Positions 20,437 through 29,992 of a stretch of 64,000 nucleotides of DNA are shown here, piece by piece. The notes under the pieces are model-generated. The model did no database searches. It worked only from the letters and a program-made list of their open reading frames with translations, and was not told the origin of the DNA. Positions within the stretch are counted from its first letter, which is position 1; the number at the start of each line of letters is the position of its first letter. Both the position numbers and the translations under genes were made by a program. This stretch comes from a virus (taxonomy: Duplodnaviria > Caudoviricetes). The stretch lies in IMG/VR virus record IMGVR_UViG_3300001528_000425, positions 128,001-192,000 of that record. One strand, written 5' to 3'.

Positions 20437-20883
20437 ATGAGACATGTTCGAAAGATCGCTGTGTTGTCGCCAGACGATGCTTCGACAGTAGCATATCAGA
20501 TGGAAGAATATTTCGGTCTGAATATGGGAAATACCTTCTACACCAAACATGGATATCATGCTTATCCTGGATCACTTCCGCTTGTCCGGTTGGACATACA
20601 AGGAGGTGAAGATGTGGATGGTGTGATCATGGGTGGTGAACTTGTGGAGTTGGAAGCTCCTGAAGAGACACCGCTTCCCAAGCGATACAGTCAACGTGCT
20701 ATCATCCGAGAACTGGGTGAAGGATGGGAATATGTCCGCGCACAGTTGGAAGAAGCAAAGGTTCTGGATATCTTCTTCGCGGCAGAATATCTGCAGGATG
20801 ACGATGAAGATTTCGTTCCTTGGTTGGCGAAACTTACGGATGAACAAAAGCAAATACTTGCTCGATGTGAAATTCCGTACTGA
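20437..20883 (+). CDS. Hypothetical protein, possible fibre chaperone
   Basis: Start re-called at MRHVRK after GGAG; acidic; follows the RBP gene. Confidence 0.65.
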   Translation: MRHVRKIAVLSPDDASTVAYQMEEYFGLNMGNTFYTKHGYHAYPGSLPLVRLDIQGGEDVDGVIMGGELVELEAPEETPLPKRYSQRAIIRELGEGWEYVRAQLEEAKVLDIFFAAEYLQDDDEDFVPWLAKLTDEQKQILARCEIPY

Positions 20884-20933
20884 AGTAAATGTTCAACTAC
20901 AAAGAAAGTGTGGTTGTTAAGGAGAACCAATAG

Positions 20934-21287
20934 ATGCAACATACAAAAGTTCAAATTGGCGACAAATCCTTACTTCCTGAAATCGAGAAACGGGTAATGC
21001 TACCCGCCATCGATGGTCAGGTAGGACAGGTTCTCGCCAAGGGTCCTGATGGCACTACGGTCTGGACCGAAGGTGGTGGTCTCCCGAGCGGAGCAAAGGA
21101 TGGGGACCTCCTGATAAAGAGTGCAGAGATCGTCGGTAATGATTACAACGACGATCACACTGTGCTCTTTATTCAAGGAAGTGCCTCCAATGCTGCTGCA
21201 GCGGATTCCCCGCTCCCGGTTACTTGGAACAACCAGCCGGCTGTTCAGGAGGACAATACTCTGCTGCTTACGGGCTTGCTTACCTGA
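20934..21287 (+). pseudogene. 5' fragment of a tail fibre gene
   Basis: AAGGAG RBS; GQVGQVLAK and LPSGAKDGDLLIK fibre motifs; start resembles 12354; ends abruptly at the junction. Confidence 0.65.
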
Positions 21288-21856
21288 AAACTACCGATAA
21301 GCCGTCTTTCGCGGCTTATGAGAAAGTCGTTATGGATAAGGCACAGGAGCTTGGTGTCAAAGAAGCCATGTACAAGAATCCCGTGGTTCTGGTCATGCTT
21401 CGCAAATGGTGGATCGGGAACAAGCTCACTCCGGTCATGATCCAAGATGCTATCGCCTATCAAGAAGCACATCCGCTGAAAGCGAATATGTTCGGTATCG
21501 CCAATATGTATTACGACCTCGGCGATTACGTCAATGCAACATCGTGGTTCGAAAAAGATGATCGCGGGTCCACCAATCTGATCCGCTGTTACATCAATCT
21601 CGGACAGAAGCAGAAAGCCATTGAGTACTATTACGACAAATTGAATAACAAGAAATTCTCTCCCGCAGCAGCACAAGAGATGTTCCCTGTTATTTGGAGT
21701 CTTATCTTGGATGATACAACTATCGATCTCCAAGCGGCGAAAGACCGGAATGCTCGTATGGCAAGTAAATACACCAGCTATCTTTACGAATCAGCAAAAC
21801 CAGCTGAATCCCCGTGGAGAGCATTGGTTACACTCCTGACGGCTCAGTCAAAGTAA
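21257..21856 (+). pseudogene. 3' fragment of a TPR-like secreted protein, paralogue of 21954
   Basis: YSAAYGLAYL...KAQELG...ESPWR aligns with 21954 but lacks the start and signal peptide. Confidence 0.7.
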
Positions 21857-21953
21857 GCATCAATTTCATACCGTCCTTGAATGGAAGGTGTTCAAGGATG
21901 ATACCGGTAGCAGTATGCCGGATAACCCATCTCTAAATGAAAAGCAAAACCAA

Positions 21954-22739
21954 ATGAAGCTCACCAAACTGTTCCTCGCACTCACCCTGACACTCATCAC
22001 CGGCGTTACCTTCGCCACCACTCTTCGTGATGTCCGTGACGCCAAAGTTTCCGACATGGCCGCGGTCGTATCGACCTGGACCAATGAACTCGGTACGGCT
22101 ACCGTCATGGACAAGATCGAGTACTCTGCTGCGCAGGGTCTGGTCTATCTTCGTTCCAACGAGAACGCCACCTTCGCCGAAGCCCGCTCCAAAGTGATGG
22201 CGAAAGCCAAAGAACTTGGCATCGAAAAGGAAATGGCCGCCAGCAGCTACATGTACGGTATCGTCCATCCTTGGTGGGTCGGCGAAACCCGCCCTGCTCT
22301 GCTGCAGGAAACTCTTGCTTACGCTGAAGCCAATCCTCCGGCCGATGGCGCCGGTGCTTATGCCGAAATCGGCCGTATCTATGCATTTGTGTTGAAGGAT
22401 TATGTGAAGGGTCTGGCGGCGTTCCAGAAGGGCAATTTCCAGAGTGATACTCTCCGTTGTTACATGGAAATAGGAGATACCGCCAATGCCGTCAAGTACT
22501 ACTATGAACTTGCCGAATCTGGCAAAATCAGCGCCGGTGCTGCTGCTGAATACTTTCCCACTGTGTGGGCGGCTCAGGCGAAGGGATTCAAGACTGCCGA
22601 AGAGCGTGATGCCGCGAAGTTCCGTCTCAGCAAGTTGGTTGATCAGTATACCAGTAAGCTCTACTCCGATGCCAATGTGAAGCCGGAGAATTCGCCGTGG
22701 CGCAAAGTGATCACGCTGTGGACGGCCAGCTCGAAGTAA
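21954..22739 (+). CDS. Secreted helical/TPR-like protein
   Basis: Sec signal MKLTKLFLALTLTLITGVTFA; TPR-like AYAEIGRIY and LRCYMEIGD. Confidence 0.75.
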   Translation: MKLTKLFLALTLTLITGVTFATTLRDVRDAKVSDMAAVVSTWTNELGTATVMDKIEYSAAQGLVYLRSNENATFAEARSKVMAKAKELGIEKEMAASSYMYGIVHPWWVGETRPALLQETLAYAEANPPADGAGAYAEIGRIYAFVLKDYVKGLAAFQKGNFQSDTLRCYMEIGDTANAVKYYYELAESGKISAGAAAEYFPTVWAAQAKGFKTAEERDAAKFRLSKLVDQYTSKLYSDANVKPENSPWRKVITLWTASSK

Positions 22740-22777
22740 CCTAAGGTTATCTTCAACAAAAAATAAAAGTGAATCAG

Positions 22778-22813
22778 GTAAGGTAACTAGGCATCAACGC
22801 CTAGTTACCTTAC
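22778..22813. terminator. Bidirectional terminator hairpin
   Basis: 15-bp stem GTAAGGTAACTAGGC. Confidence 0.85.
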
Positions 22814-22986
22814 TGCTCTTTTGTAAGTGTTATCATGATCCGATCCCATTACGATGCAGAACAGGTAATCTAATAAAATCAACTACAATATCACACCCTG
22901 TTCTATCGTTGTGCGATATCGTTCGACTTGAACAGTCTGTAAAGATCTACACCCTCATACCTTTCTATAGGTAGAGAGCGTGATCT

Positions 22987-23130
22987 TTAAACTGTTACAC
23001 GTCTAATCGTTGTAGTGCCGAAGTTCCTACGTGCAAGAACAAGTTGTCTTGCGATCGCAGGAGCCTGAGCACCATAACGAGGCCGAAGCAAGTCGACCAA
23101 CTCTTGGAACGAAAGATTTGTATAGTCCAT
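22987..23130 (-). CDS. Small hypothetical protein (47 aa, MDYTNLSFQ...)
   Basis: GAGGTGG RBS, ATG to TAA; not in the ORF track. Confidence 0.5.
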   Translation of the reverse strand: MDYTNLSFQELVDLLRPRYGAQAPAIARQLVLARRNFGTTTIRRVTV

Positions 23131-23149
23131 GGACCACCTCTTCTACTTA

Positions 23150-23185
23150 GGGATAGGGAAGGAGTGTCAGCTCCTTCCCTATCCC
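23150..23185 (-). terminator. Hairpin/terminator
   Basis: 15-bp stem GGGATAGGGAAGGAG. Confidence 0.7.
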
Positions 23186-23235
23186 GCATTCCTGGTAATT
23201 GCTTTCAAACGACCGATCGGATCATGAATAAAATT

Positions 23236-23490
23236 TCATTCAAGAACCAATTGGCCGGACTGATAAGCATCGCGGATCTCAGCCATCTGTTTGGCGCGAT
23301 CCTGCCAGAGTTTGGATTCCTTATCAGCTTCTTCCGGCGACACTCCCTTAACCGGAACCAAAGCGACGGACAGACTGTGTAAATTACACATCTCGATCGC
23401 TTTCTGGAGAAGCAGACCGACGTCGTACCCCTTGTCCTGGAATTGTTTCAGGATACGTTTCACTCTGGCACTCGAAGACAGTTTGCTCAT
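23236..23490 (-). CDS. Hypothetical early protein
   Basis: AAGGAGG RBS; early motif upstream. Confidence 0.75.
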   Translation of the reverse strand: MSKLSSSARVKRILKQFQDKGYDVGLLLQKAIEMCNLHSLSVALVPVKGVSPEEADKESKLWQDRAKQMAEIRDAYQSGQLVLE

Positions 23491-23568
23491 GATTAGACCT
23501 CCTTAGTTTATCATGATGATGAGTTTATGTGTGCACCGAATTATGCACACAGTTGGCATTACACCAAT

Positions 23569-23578
23569 GTAATGTATG
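23569..23578 (-). promoter_or_regulatory. Early promoter CATACATTAC
   Basis: TTCACGCATACATTAC is nearly identical to the 4338 copy (TTCACGCATAGATTAC). Confidence 0.65.
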
Positions 23579-23771
23579 CGTGAAGAATGTTGATCGACAC
23601 CCTTCGATTTAGTGACATCAAGGTAACCATACAGGGAATAATTAAAATGATCTGAATGATATCAAAACATAAGGAAATACTCGTATCATTTTGGAGATAT
23701 TTCGCTTCATGTTGAAACGTTATGGATCTTTAAATTACTTCAATTAAATCAAAAAGAATAAGAGAATGATC

Positions 23772-23803
23772 TGGGAGGTAGTGGTATGATCCACTACCTC
23801 CCA
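23772..23803 (-). terminator. Terminator hairpin
   Basis: 13-bp stem just after the 23809 stop. Confidence 0.8.
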
Positions 23804-23808
23804 TGATG

Positions 23809-24057
23809 TTAGCCGAGCAGAGCTTCGACGACATCCTGTGCCGTGTCGGTGGTCTCGTTGAGATCCACTTCTTCAACAGGATTCGAACCGCCTTTCACGA
23901 TCGCAACAACCGCTGCAACGATGCTGACCACACCGATGGCGGCTACCGCATACGTGAAGTATTTGGTACGCTTGGAGGCAGCTTCGGAACGAGCGATGGA
24001 TTTGTTGATGGCCTGATCAGCGAGTCCCGTGTTGGTGATGTCGATGTTCTTTTCCAT
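23809..24057 (-). CDS. Small single-TM early protein
   Basis: AAGGAG RBS; YAVAAIGVVSIVAAVVAIV. Confidence 0.75.
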   Translation of the reverse strand: MEKNIDITNTGLADQAINKSIARSEAASKRTKYFTYAVAAIGVVSIVAAVVAIVKGGSNPVEEVDLNETTDTAQDVVEALLG

Positions 24058-24129
24058 GATGAGATTCTCCTTATTTAAATTAGGTTAAGTTAAATGAATC
24101 AAGTGTCTCTCTTACACTGATTCACCAAC

Positions 24130-24139
24130 GTAATTTATA
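24130..24139 (-). promoter_or_regulatory. Early promoter TATAAATTAC
   Basis: Same flanks as the other copies (TTCA upstream, GGTG downstream). Confidence 0.6.
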
Positions 24140-24349
24140 GATGAAATAAATTGAATTACATCATGTGTATTATTTAACAGAGCGATGCAGTAATATAATG
24201 AAATCAAAATAAGTTTACCTCGTAGGTAGTTGGAATACTGGTGATGCTGTCATACACATTCATGATTCTACTCAAGACTCATAAATCACGACTCCAGCTA
24301 CCTACTTGGTTCTTTTACATTTACACCTTACATAAACAAGGAGAAACAT

Positions 24350-25603
24350 ATGATCCAGATCGTCGAACCATCGGTGCAACTGTATAAGGAGCACAACCCT
24401 CTCAAGAAGATCGAGTTCATGGCTCGTATCTGTACTGGCACGGAGAGTTCCGTGAAACAGGAACCGAATCTCAAGTTGATCCAAGCTCTGATCAACAGAG
24501 GACATGAATCGGTACTCGAGCATTACTACATCAAAGTGAAGTTCCCGTTTCGGTCCGTCACTATTCCTGCGGAATATCTCAACCCTGCGATGCTGAAGGC
24601 GTTCGCACTTGCGGATAAGTCGGAGCGCACGGAAGAAGAGCAAGTGGAACTCGATCGATACAAAGAAGAGTTCCAGCGTCTGACCATCGACAACAAGAAG
24701 AGTGATGTCAAGGAGTATACGGAACAGGAAACTGCTCTGAACGATCAGCTCTTCTTCCAGCTCTACACGATCTTCAATCCCAAGTTCACCAAACCGTCGG
24801 TGTCCTCTGCGGATGAGCTGCATACCGTCAACCAGCATCTCTCCATCCAGCATCTGGAGCTGATCGGCAACATCCGCGCCATGCGTGATGGCATCCGTAT
24901 CCTTTCCGAAGGCAATACGTTCGGTATGCTGAGAAGTGGAGATCCCGGGTTCTTCTCCTACTGCATCAGTCTGATCAAATCCCTCTACACCTGGCAACCA
25001 ATCCTCTTCGAAGATCTCGTGCAGGATTTCAAAACATACTGGGAAGCAGAAGATGCAGTTACCCTGCAGTCGTTCGGTATCGAAGAATGGGAGAATTACG
25101 CATCCTTCATCATCGAAACCGATCGCAATGTCTCGCATCAGTTCGTTCGTCATCGGAACGAGATCTCCTACAGCCAGCAGTCGCAGCGTTACTGCAAGTA
25201 CAAAGATGGAGTTCGCTATACTCGTCCAGTTGGATTCTCCTGGGCAGTGGATGGCAATCCCATCTACGAAGAGTGGAAGACCGACATGGAAGCGAATTCA
25301 GCGAAATATCTGAAGAAGCTCGATGACAGTCTTCCTCCGGAAGAAGCCAGACTCTGGCTGAACAGTTCCTGTTACACCAAACTCGGTGTGACGATGACTC
25401 CGGATGCACTTCAGCATTTCATGAAACTTCGCGATGCTGATGATGCATATGCTCCGATTCGGCATATCGCCAAAGAGATCCGCAAAGCTCTCACACCTGC
25501 TCCGATCGAGAACGATCATCCGTTCATCAATTTGAACGGTGAAGAGATCATGAAAGATTTCGGTGAAGAGATCGCCAAGATCGTCTCCGGAGAAAGTAAC
25601 TAA
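24350..25603 (+). CDS. thyX: Flavin-dependent thymidylate synthase, enlarged
   Basis: IEFMARIC, LINRGHESVLEH, RNVSHQFVRHR..SYSQQSQRY, PEEAR, HFMKLR. Confidence 0.92.
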   Translation: MIQIVEPSVQLYKEHNPLKKIEFMARICTGTESSVKQEPNLKLIQALINRGHESVLEHYYIKVKFPFRSVTIPAEYLNPAMLKAFALADKSERTEEEQVELDRYKEEFQRLTIDNKKSDVKEYTEQETALNDQLFFQLYTIFNPKFTKPSVSSADELHTVNQHLSIQHLELIGNIRAMRDGIRILSEGNTFGMLRSGDPGFFSYCISLIKSLYTWQPILFEDLVQDFKTYWEAEDAVTLQSFGIEEWENYASFIIETDRNVSHQFVRHRNEISYSQQSQRYCKYKDGVRYTRPVGFSWAVDGNPIYEEWKTDMEANSAKYLKKLDDSLPPEEARLWLNSSCYTKLGVTMTPDALQHFMKLRDADDAYAPIRHIAKEIRKALTPAPIENDHPFINLNGEEIMKDFGEEIAKIVSGESN

Positions 25604-25627
25604 GAGTTACATAAGACAAGAATGATA

Positions 25628-25665
25628 ACCTACCTACGTACTGGATCACCAGTACGTAGGTAGGT
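25628..25665. terminator. Bidirectional terminator hairpin
   Basis: 17-bp stem between convergent genes. Confidence 0.85.
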
Positions 25666-25677
25666 CTTTGTAAATTA

Positions 25678-26637
25678 TTAAGCGTACTGCCTCATAACAG
25701 CCTTGATGCCAGCCAACAGAACAGCATGCGCGGCGTTAAGAACCTTCGCGACAGCATTCAGCAGCTTTGCATTGAACATTGCTTTCTCCTTTTCCTCAGG
25801 AGTGAGCTCCTCATTGCCGATCTTCTTACCAGTCATGTCAAGGATGCCGTTCACTTGCTCATGCAATGCAAGCAGTTTCTTGGCAGCTGGTTCGAAGTCA
25901 GATTCCTTCCATCCTTCGTCGAACAGATCGGTATTCGCTCGTGCTCTGCCAGTCACTTGAACACCAGCTGCGAACAATGCCACCGGCAACAAAATACCAG
26001 TGACAGTAGTGGCCCCCAAAGTTATCGTAGTTGCGGTAGCGGAAGATACACCAACTCCCGCCACCCACAGAATATCGTCAATAGATAGACTTTTGTACTG
26101 ATAGGGAGTCCCTTCTACCTTGGTCCCTTTCACCTTGATACCCATCTTGTCGAGTACACTGATCAATCCGGAGGGATCGTATTTGGTCATATCCTGTTTC
26201 ACCGCCTTGCCGAGCTCGGAGCAGATCGCTTCCAGGTTCTTCACGCTGGTATCGAACTTGGACTTGGGAGGAAGTGCGTCGGAATACACAGCATCCTTGC
26301 CAGAGAACGTAGGCTTCTTGTTCAAGATGTCCTGAATTTGTGCAGCAGCTTTGTCGGAATTTCTGGAGAAGGTGAGTCCCTTCCACCAAGTGCCGTTAAA
26401 GATATCTGTTATCAGACCCTCTTGCGCAGCGACGATGGCACCTTCCAAGTTGTTCTGCCAACTGGCAGGATCATCTCCAAGAATCGGATGGATGAATTCA
26501 TCCCTCACCACGAACGGTACGCAGCCTTCAATGGCTTCGGATTCTGCCAGCATATTCCACCAACCTTCAAGTGCAACCAGCTGATCCAGATGGTTCATTT
26601 GGGGTTCCACAACTTGAGAAACAACGTTGAATCTCAT
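25678..26637 (-). CDS. Internal head (ejection-type) protein with hydrophobic segment
   Basis: ALE/AIE/AQE protease sites; LGDDP...L...VAAQE shared with 26794. Confidence 0.7.
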   Translation of the reverse strand: MRFNVVSQVVEPQMNHLDQLVALEGWWNMLAESEAIEGCVPFVVRDEFIHPILGDDPASWQNNLEGAIVAAQEGLITDIFNGTWWKGLTFSRNSDKAAAQIQDILNKKPTFSGKDAVYSDALPPKSKFDTSVKNLEAICSELGKAVKQDMTKYDPSGLISVLDKMGIKVKGTKVEGTPYQYKSLSIDDILWVAGVGVSSATATTITLGATTVTGILLPVALFAAGVQVTGRARANTDLFDEGWKESDFEPAAKKLLALHEQVNGILDMTGKKIGNEELTPEEKEKAMFNAKLLNAVAKVLNAAHAVLLAGIKAVMRQYA

Positions 26638-26690
26638 TTATAACTCCTTGCAAATACGTTAACTTTTTGAGGTCACACACAACCCTTCAT

Positions 26691-26718
26691 GTCTAACATG
26701 TTATGTAACATGTTAGAC
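26691..26718. promoter_or_regulatory. Palindrome between divergent head-protein genes
   Basis: GTCTAACATGTTA-TG-TAACATGTTAGAC. Confidence 0.5.
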
Positions 26719-26793
26719 TAGTTACAGATAATTATATGTATGTGTGTGTGTCGTCTATCAACCAGAACCTCTTAAGACAAGGATTTCTCACAA

Positions 26794-27783
26794 ATGAAAT
26801 TCAATGCTTCGCAAGAACCCAAGAAACTCTCCGATGCGGAGTTCCTCGCCCTGTGCTTCGATCTTGAAGATCACATGGACTCCGCCGAAGATGCCCAGTT
26901 CGACAGCGCGGACCTCGCTCTGAACCTGACCGCTGCCCAGGAATCTTTCCAGGAAGGCGGTGTGATCGGCATGCTCGCCCAGTTCGATGGCAATCCGGAA
27001 CTTATGGCCGTGCTTGGCGATGATCCGACCCAGTACGAAGCCCGTCTCGGTGAACATGTTGTCGCCGCTCAGGAAGCGTTCCTGCAGGATGTGTTCCGCA
27101 ACAGTCTGCTCGGTGCCCTGCTGGCCCGCAAACGCAAGACTGCCGAATACCTCAAGGACGTCATTCCGACGGTCAAAGAGAAGATGGCGGCCGACAAAGA
27201 TCTCACCCAGAATCGCATCAGTGCCACTGGCGACCTCAGCTCCAAGCTGAACCCGGTTCGCTCGGCTTATCTGCCGAACTACAAAGATTTCGTTTCCATG
27301 GCGGCTGCGCTGAAGAAGCTTTTCGCCACTCTGAGCTCCAAAGCCGGCACGGTCGAAAATCTGACCACGGATGACTTCGCTGCGGCGCTGAACGGCTCTC
27401 CGTTCATGACTTACGGCAAACAGAAGAAAGCCGCTTCCGGCAACGACTGGGTGCTCACGGTCTTCGGCAGCACCTGGGGCCCGCTGTCCCGTCTGCTGTT
27501 CGACAAGAACAAGACCATCGCGCAGCGTGGTTGGGATGCCGACAAGCTGATCGCCGCTTGCGACACTGTTCTGGAACTGACCAAACTGATGGATCAGGCG
27601 GATGCCGTTGTCGCCAAGGTCAAGGGCGATGAGAAGTCCAAGGAACAGCTGAAGCTCTATGCCCGCGGCATGAAGTTCTTCTGCGAAGAGGCCGGCTACC
27701 TCGGCCGCGGTGTTGTCACCGCCGGACGTCAGGCCACCTCTGGTTTCATCAAGCGCGGTCTGGAAAAGATCGTCGACAAATAA
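26794..27783 (+). CDS. Internal head protein, paralogue of 25678
   Basis: SQE, AAQES, AAQEA sites in an acidic propeptide followed by a basic mature part; strong codon bias. Confidence 0.75.
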   Translation: MKFNASQEPKKLSDAEFLALCFDLEDHMDSAEDAQFDSADLALNLTAAQESFQEGGVIGMLAQFDGNPELMAVLGDDPTQYEARLGEHVVAAQEAFLQDVFRNSLLGALLARKRKTAEYLKDVIPTVKEKMAADKDLTQNRISATGDLSSKLNPVRSAYLPNYKDFVSMAAALKKLFATLSSKAGTVENLTTDDFAAALNGSPFMTYGKQKKAASGNDWVLTVFGSTWGPLSRLLFDKNKTIAQRGWDADKLIAACDTVLELTKLMDQADAVVAKVKGDEKSKEQLKLYARGMKFFCEEAGYLGRGVVTAGRQATSGFIKRGLEKIVDK

Positions 27784-27804
27784 GCCACAGCTTATCATCG
27801 AATA

Positions 27805-27842
27805 AGAAGAGAGTACTCCGGTGATCCGGAGTACTCTCTTCT
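27805..27842. terminator. Bidirectional terminator hairpin
   Basis: ~17-bp stem between convergent genes. Confidence 0.85.
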
Positions 27843-27857
27843 CTTATATTGTTATAT

Positions 27858-28358
27858 TCATCGGACAGTTTTACTGAACTCTTCTATTCGTTGACCGTAT
27901 AACACACCGATCGTGATGATGGTGAGACATCCTTCTTGTACGGAGGTTGTGCTATAGTAACTTCCTGTCTTACCGTAGGGAATGGCGAGTTTGCTCCACC
28001 TGGATCGTTTGAACACTTCTGCGAAGGATGTAATCATATTGGACGACAGATGTGTTAAAAGTTTGTCCAGGAGGTTGATATCATTCCATACTTCGTCTGG
28101 TGGAGGTTCTCCTCCGATCACTCTCTTGAAGGAATGTATTCCTTGTACTACATCGGATTTTATTCCAAGTTGAATGACGAATTCAATCCCTATGGTTTCA
28201 TTAGGTTGGACGTATTCGTAGAGACCGTTACCCAGATCGTTCCAGGTCGCTTCTTCCAGATCATTTACGAAAGCATCTCTACCCACTATCTCCGCTAATG
28301 GCGAGTACCATATCTTCGGACAAGTGAGAACTCGTCTTGGTATTTTAACTGATTTCAT
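27858..28358 (-). CDS. Hypothetical protein
   Basis: GGGAG RBS, 166 aa. Confidence 0.7.
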   Translation of the reverse strand: MKSVKIPRRVLTCPKIWYSPLAEIVGRDAFVNDLEEATWNDLGNGLYEYVQPNETIGIEFVIQLGIKSDVVQGIHSFKRVIGGEPPPDEVWNDINLLDKLLTHLSSNMITSFAEVFKRSRWSKLAIPYGKTGSYYSTTSVQEGCLTIITIGVLYGQRIEEFSKTVR

Positions 28359-28524
28359 TGTGAACTCCCAATTGTTTTGTTAGTATGAAATGATCAAATT
28401 ATGTGAAAAATAACTAGCTGTAGGCTATAAAGACTATGCTATACAGATATTATTTATATTGATCTGATGGACTATACACAGGTCGATAATCAGTCCATCT
28501 ACACCCATATAAGGAGAACAAAAA

Positions 28525-28938
28525 ATGGAAGCGTACAAGAATCTGACAGTCAAGTTGGGTGAAGTCATTCCGGTCACGAATCAGGAGCGGAAACCATCCG
28601 AAGCGGAAGTTTATCTGGCGATGCATGTGGAAGACGCGGACGCCAAAGGCGATCGTTGTGTTCTTTTCACGCAGAAGGAGTTCGATGCTCTGTCGATCAT
28701 CGACAGCAAGGACTTCGCTGATCTGCTGGCTCCTGGTCGTCTGTACAAGATGACTCGTCACGACGGACAGATCACCTACATCGTTCGTACTCGGGTGTAC
28801 TACCCGAACACCAAAGAGTGGTACATCGTGATCAAACGAATCTCTGAACACGCGCTGCGGAAAGCGGAAGCTCGTGCTGCCGCGAATCAGGAAGACCAGA
28901 CCAAGCGTAACTGGTTCAATCGATTGCTCGACCGGTAA
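28525..28938 (+). CDS. Hypothetical protein
   Basis: AAGGAG RBS, 137 aa. Confidence 0.8.
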   Translation: MEAYKNLTVKLGEVIPVTNQERKPSEAEVYLAMHVEDADAKGDRCVLFTQKEFDALSIIDSKDFADLLAPGRLYKMTRHDGQITYIVRTRVYYPNTKEWYIVIKRISEHALRKAEARAAANQEDQTKRNWFNRLLDR

Positions 28939-28949
28939 AGGAGGTCTCC

Positions 28950-29804
28950 ATGAGTACTTCTGATAAACCGAATCGTGGGATCTATGTAGGGTTGTGCGGA
29001 GGAGGGTTCGCAGGTGTCGAATCTGCCATCGGTGCTTTGAAGGCCATGGATGAACTCGGTATCAAAGCCGACAAGATGGCAGGCGGATCGGCAGGCGCTC
29101 TGGTTGCCAGTCTATATGCCAGTTTCGATCTGAATGCCGAACGATTGGAACATCTGATCAAGACAGTGGATTCGGATACTTGGTTCAAGTTCAAACCTTG
29201 GCAACTGATCAAGTCGATCTTCGGAACCAGCAACTACTGTTACGATACTACTGGGTTATACCAGTTCTTGCAAGAGAACATGACTCCCAAGGCAACCGAG
29301 ATGGTTACAGTATCTGTGACTACTCTGCCCTGTTACGACAAAGAATTGCTTCCAGCTACTCCAGCACACACCTTGGCTTCCATGTCCATCCCGAAGGCTT
29401 GTCCTCCGGTACGATGGGATGGCAAACTCCATGCCGATGGCGGAGTTAAGGATCTTCTTCCAACACCAGACGGACATGAGATCGAAGAGTACGAACACAT
29501 CTATCTCGTTCTCTGCCCTGACACCAGTACCGGAGAAGTGAAAACGACTTGGAAGCTTCTCGGAGAACTGATCACTCTCCTGAATGCTGTGATGCAGCGT
29601 GAAGTAGACGAAATTCGTTCTACCTTCAAAACCTTTCCCAATGTGACAGTCATCGATCCTCCTGGAACGAGACTGTTCATCGATGGAGACAAGGATACCT
29701 TCTTATCAGGTGGATTACTCCAATGGTCGGATAACTTCGAACTGTTGGAGAGCACCTATCGTTACACCAAACACAAACTAACCACAGGAAAAGATGAACC
29801 GTGA
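28950..29804 (+). CDS. Patatin-like phospholipase
   Basis: CGGGFAG oxyanion loop, GGSAG nucleophile, ASMSIP, DGG. Confidence 0.9.
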   Translation: MSTSDKPNRGIYVGLCGGGFAGVESAIGALKAMDELGIKADKMAGGSAGALVASLYASFDLNAERLEHLIKTVDSDTWFKFKPWQLIKSIFGTSNYCYDTTGLYQFLQENMTPKATEMVTVSVTTLPCYDKELLPATPAHTLASMSIPKACPPVRWDGKLHADGGVKDLLPTPDGHEIEEYEHIYLVLCPDTSTGEVKTTWKLLGELITLLNAVMQREVDEIRSTFKTFPNVTVIDPPGTRLFIDGDKDTFLSGGLLQWSDNFELLESTYRYTKHKLTTGKDEP

Positions 29805-29992
29805 AACGTCACATATTGATCATGATGACTTCTTTCGTGTTGGCGACTGGTGGAACTGGTTGTGTGGATAGTTCCATCATCCACGAAAGCAAGGATGATG
29901 AGTGGTTCGAACGACATGTTGATTATCAGCCTGCTCGTTCTGAAATACAACCGGATTTCACAGCTGAAGAGTCGGCACTGGAAGGTGAATGA
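29801..29992 (+). CDS. Small putative lipoprotein
   Basis: MKRH + hydrophobic stretch + GTGC lipobox-like; 4-nt overlap. Confidence 0.6.
   Translation: MKRHILIMMTSFVLATGGTGCVDSSIIHESKDDEWFERHVDYQPARSEIQPDFTAEESALEGE

Noticed and set aside
22833-22958. Minus-strand ATG-AGG-GTG-TAG mini ORF that would extend to 41 aa by read-through
   Set aside because: Too short and unsupported; likely chance
23500-24340. tRNA, CRISPR array or structured ncRNA in the AT-rich gaps
   Set aside because: No cloverleaf or regularly spaced repeats found; the gaps hold promoters and short leader hairpins
1484-25603. Uracil-containing DNA as in AR9/PBS1
   Set aside because: dUTPase and ThyX indicate thymine DNA
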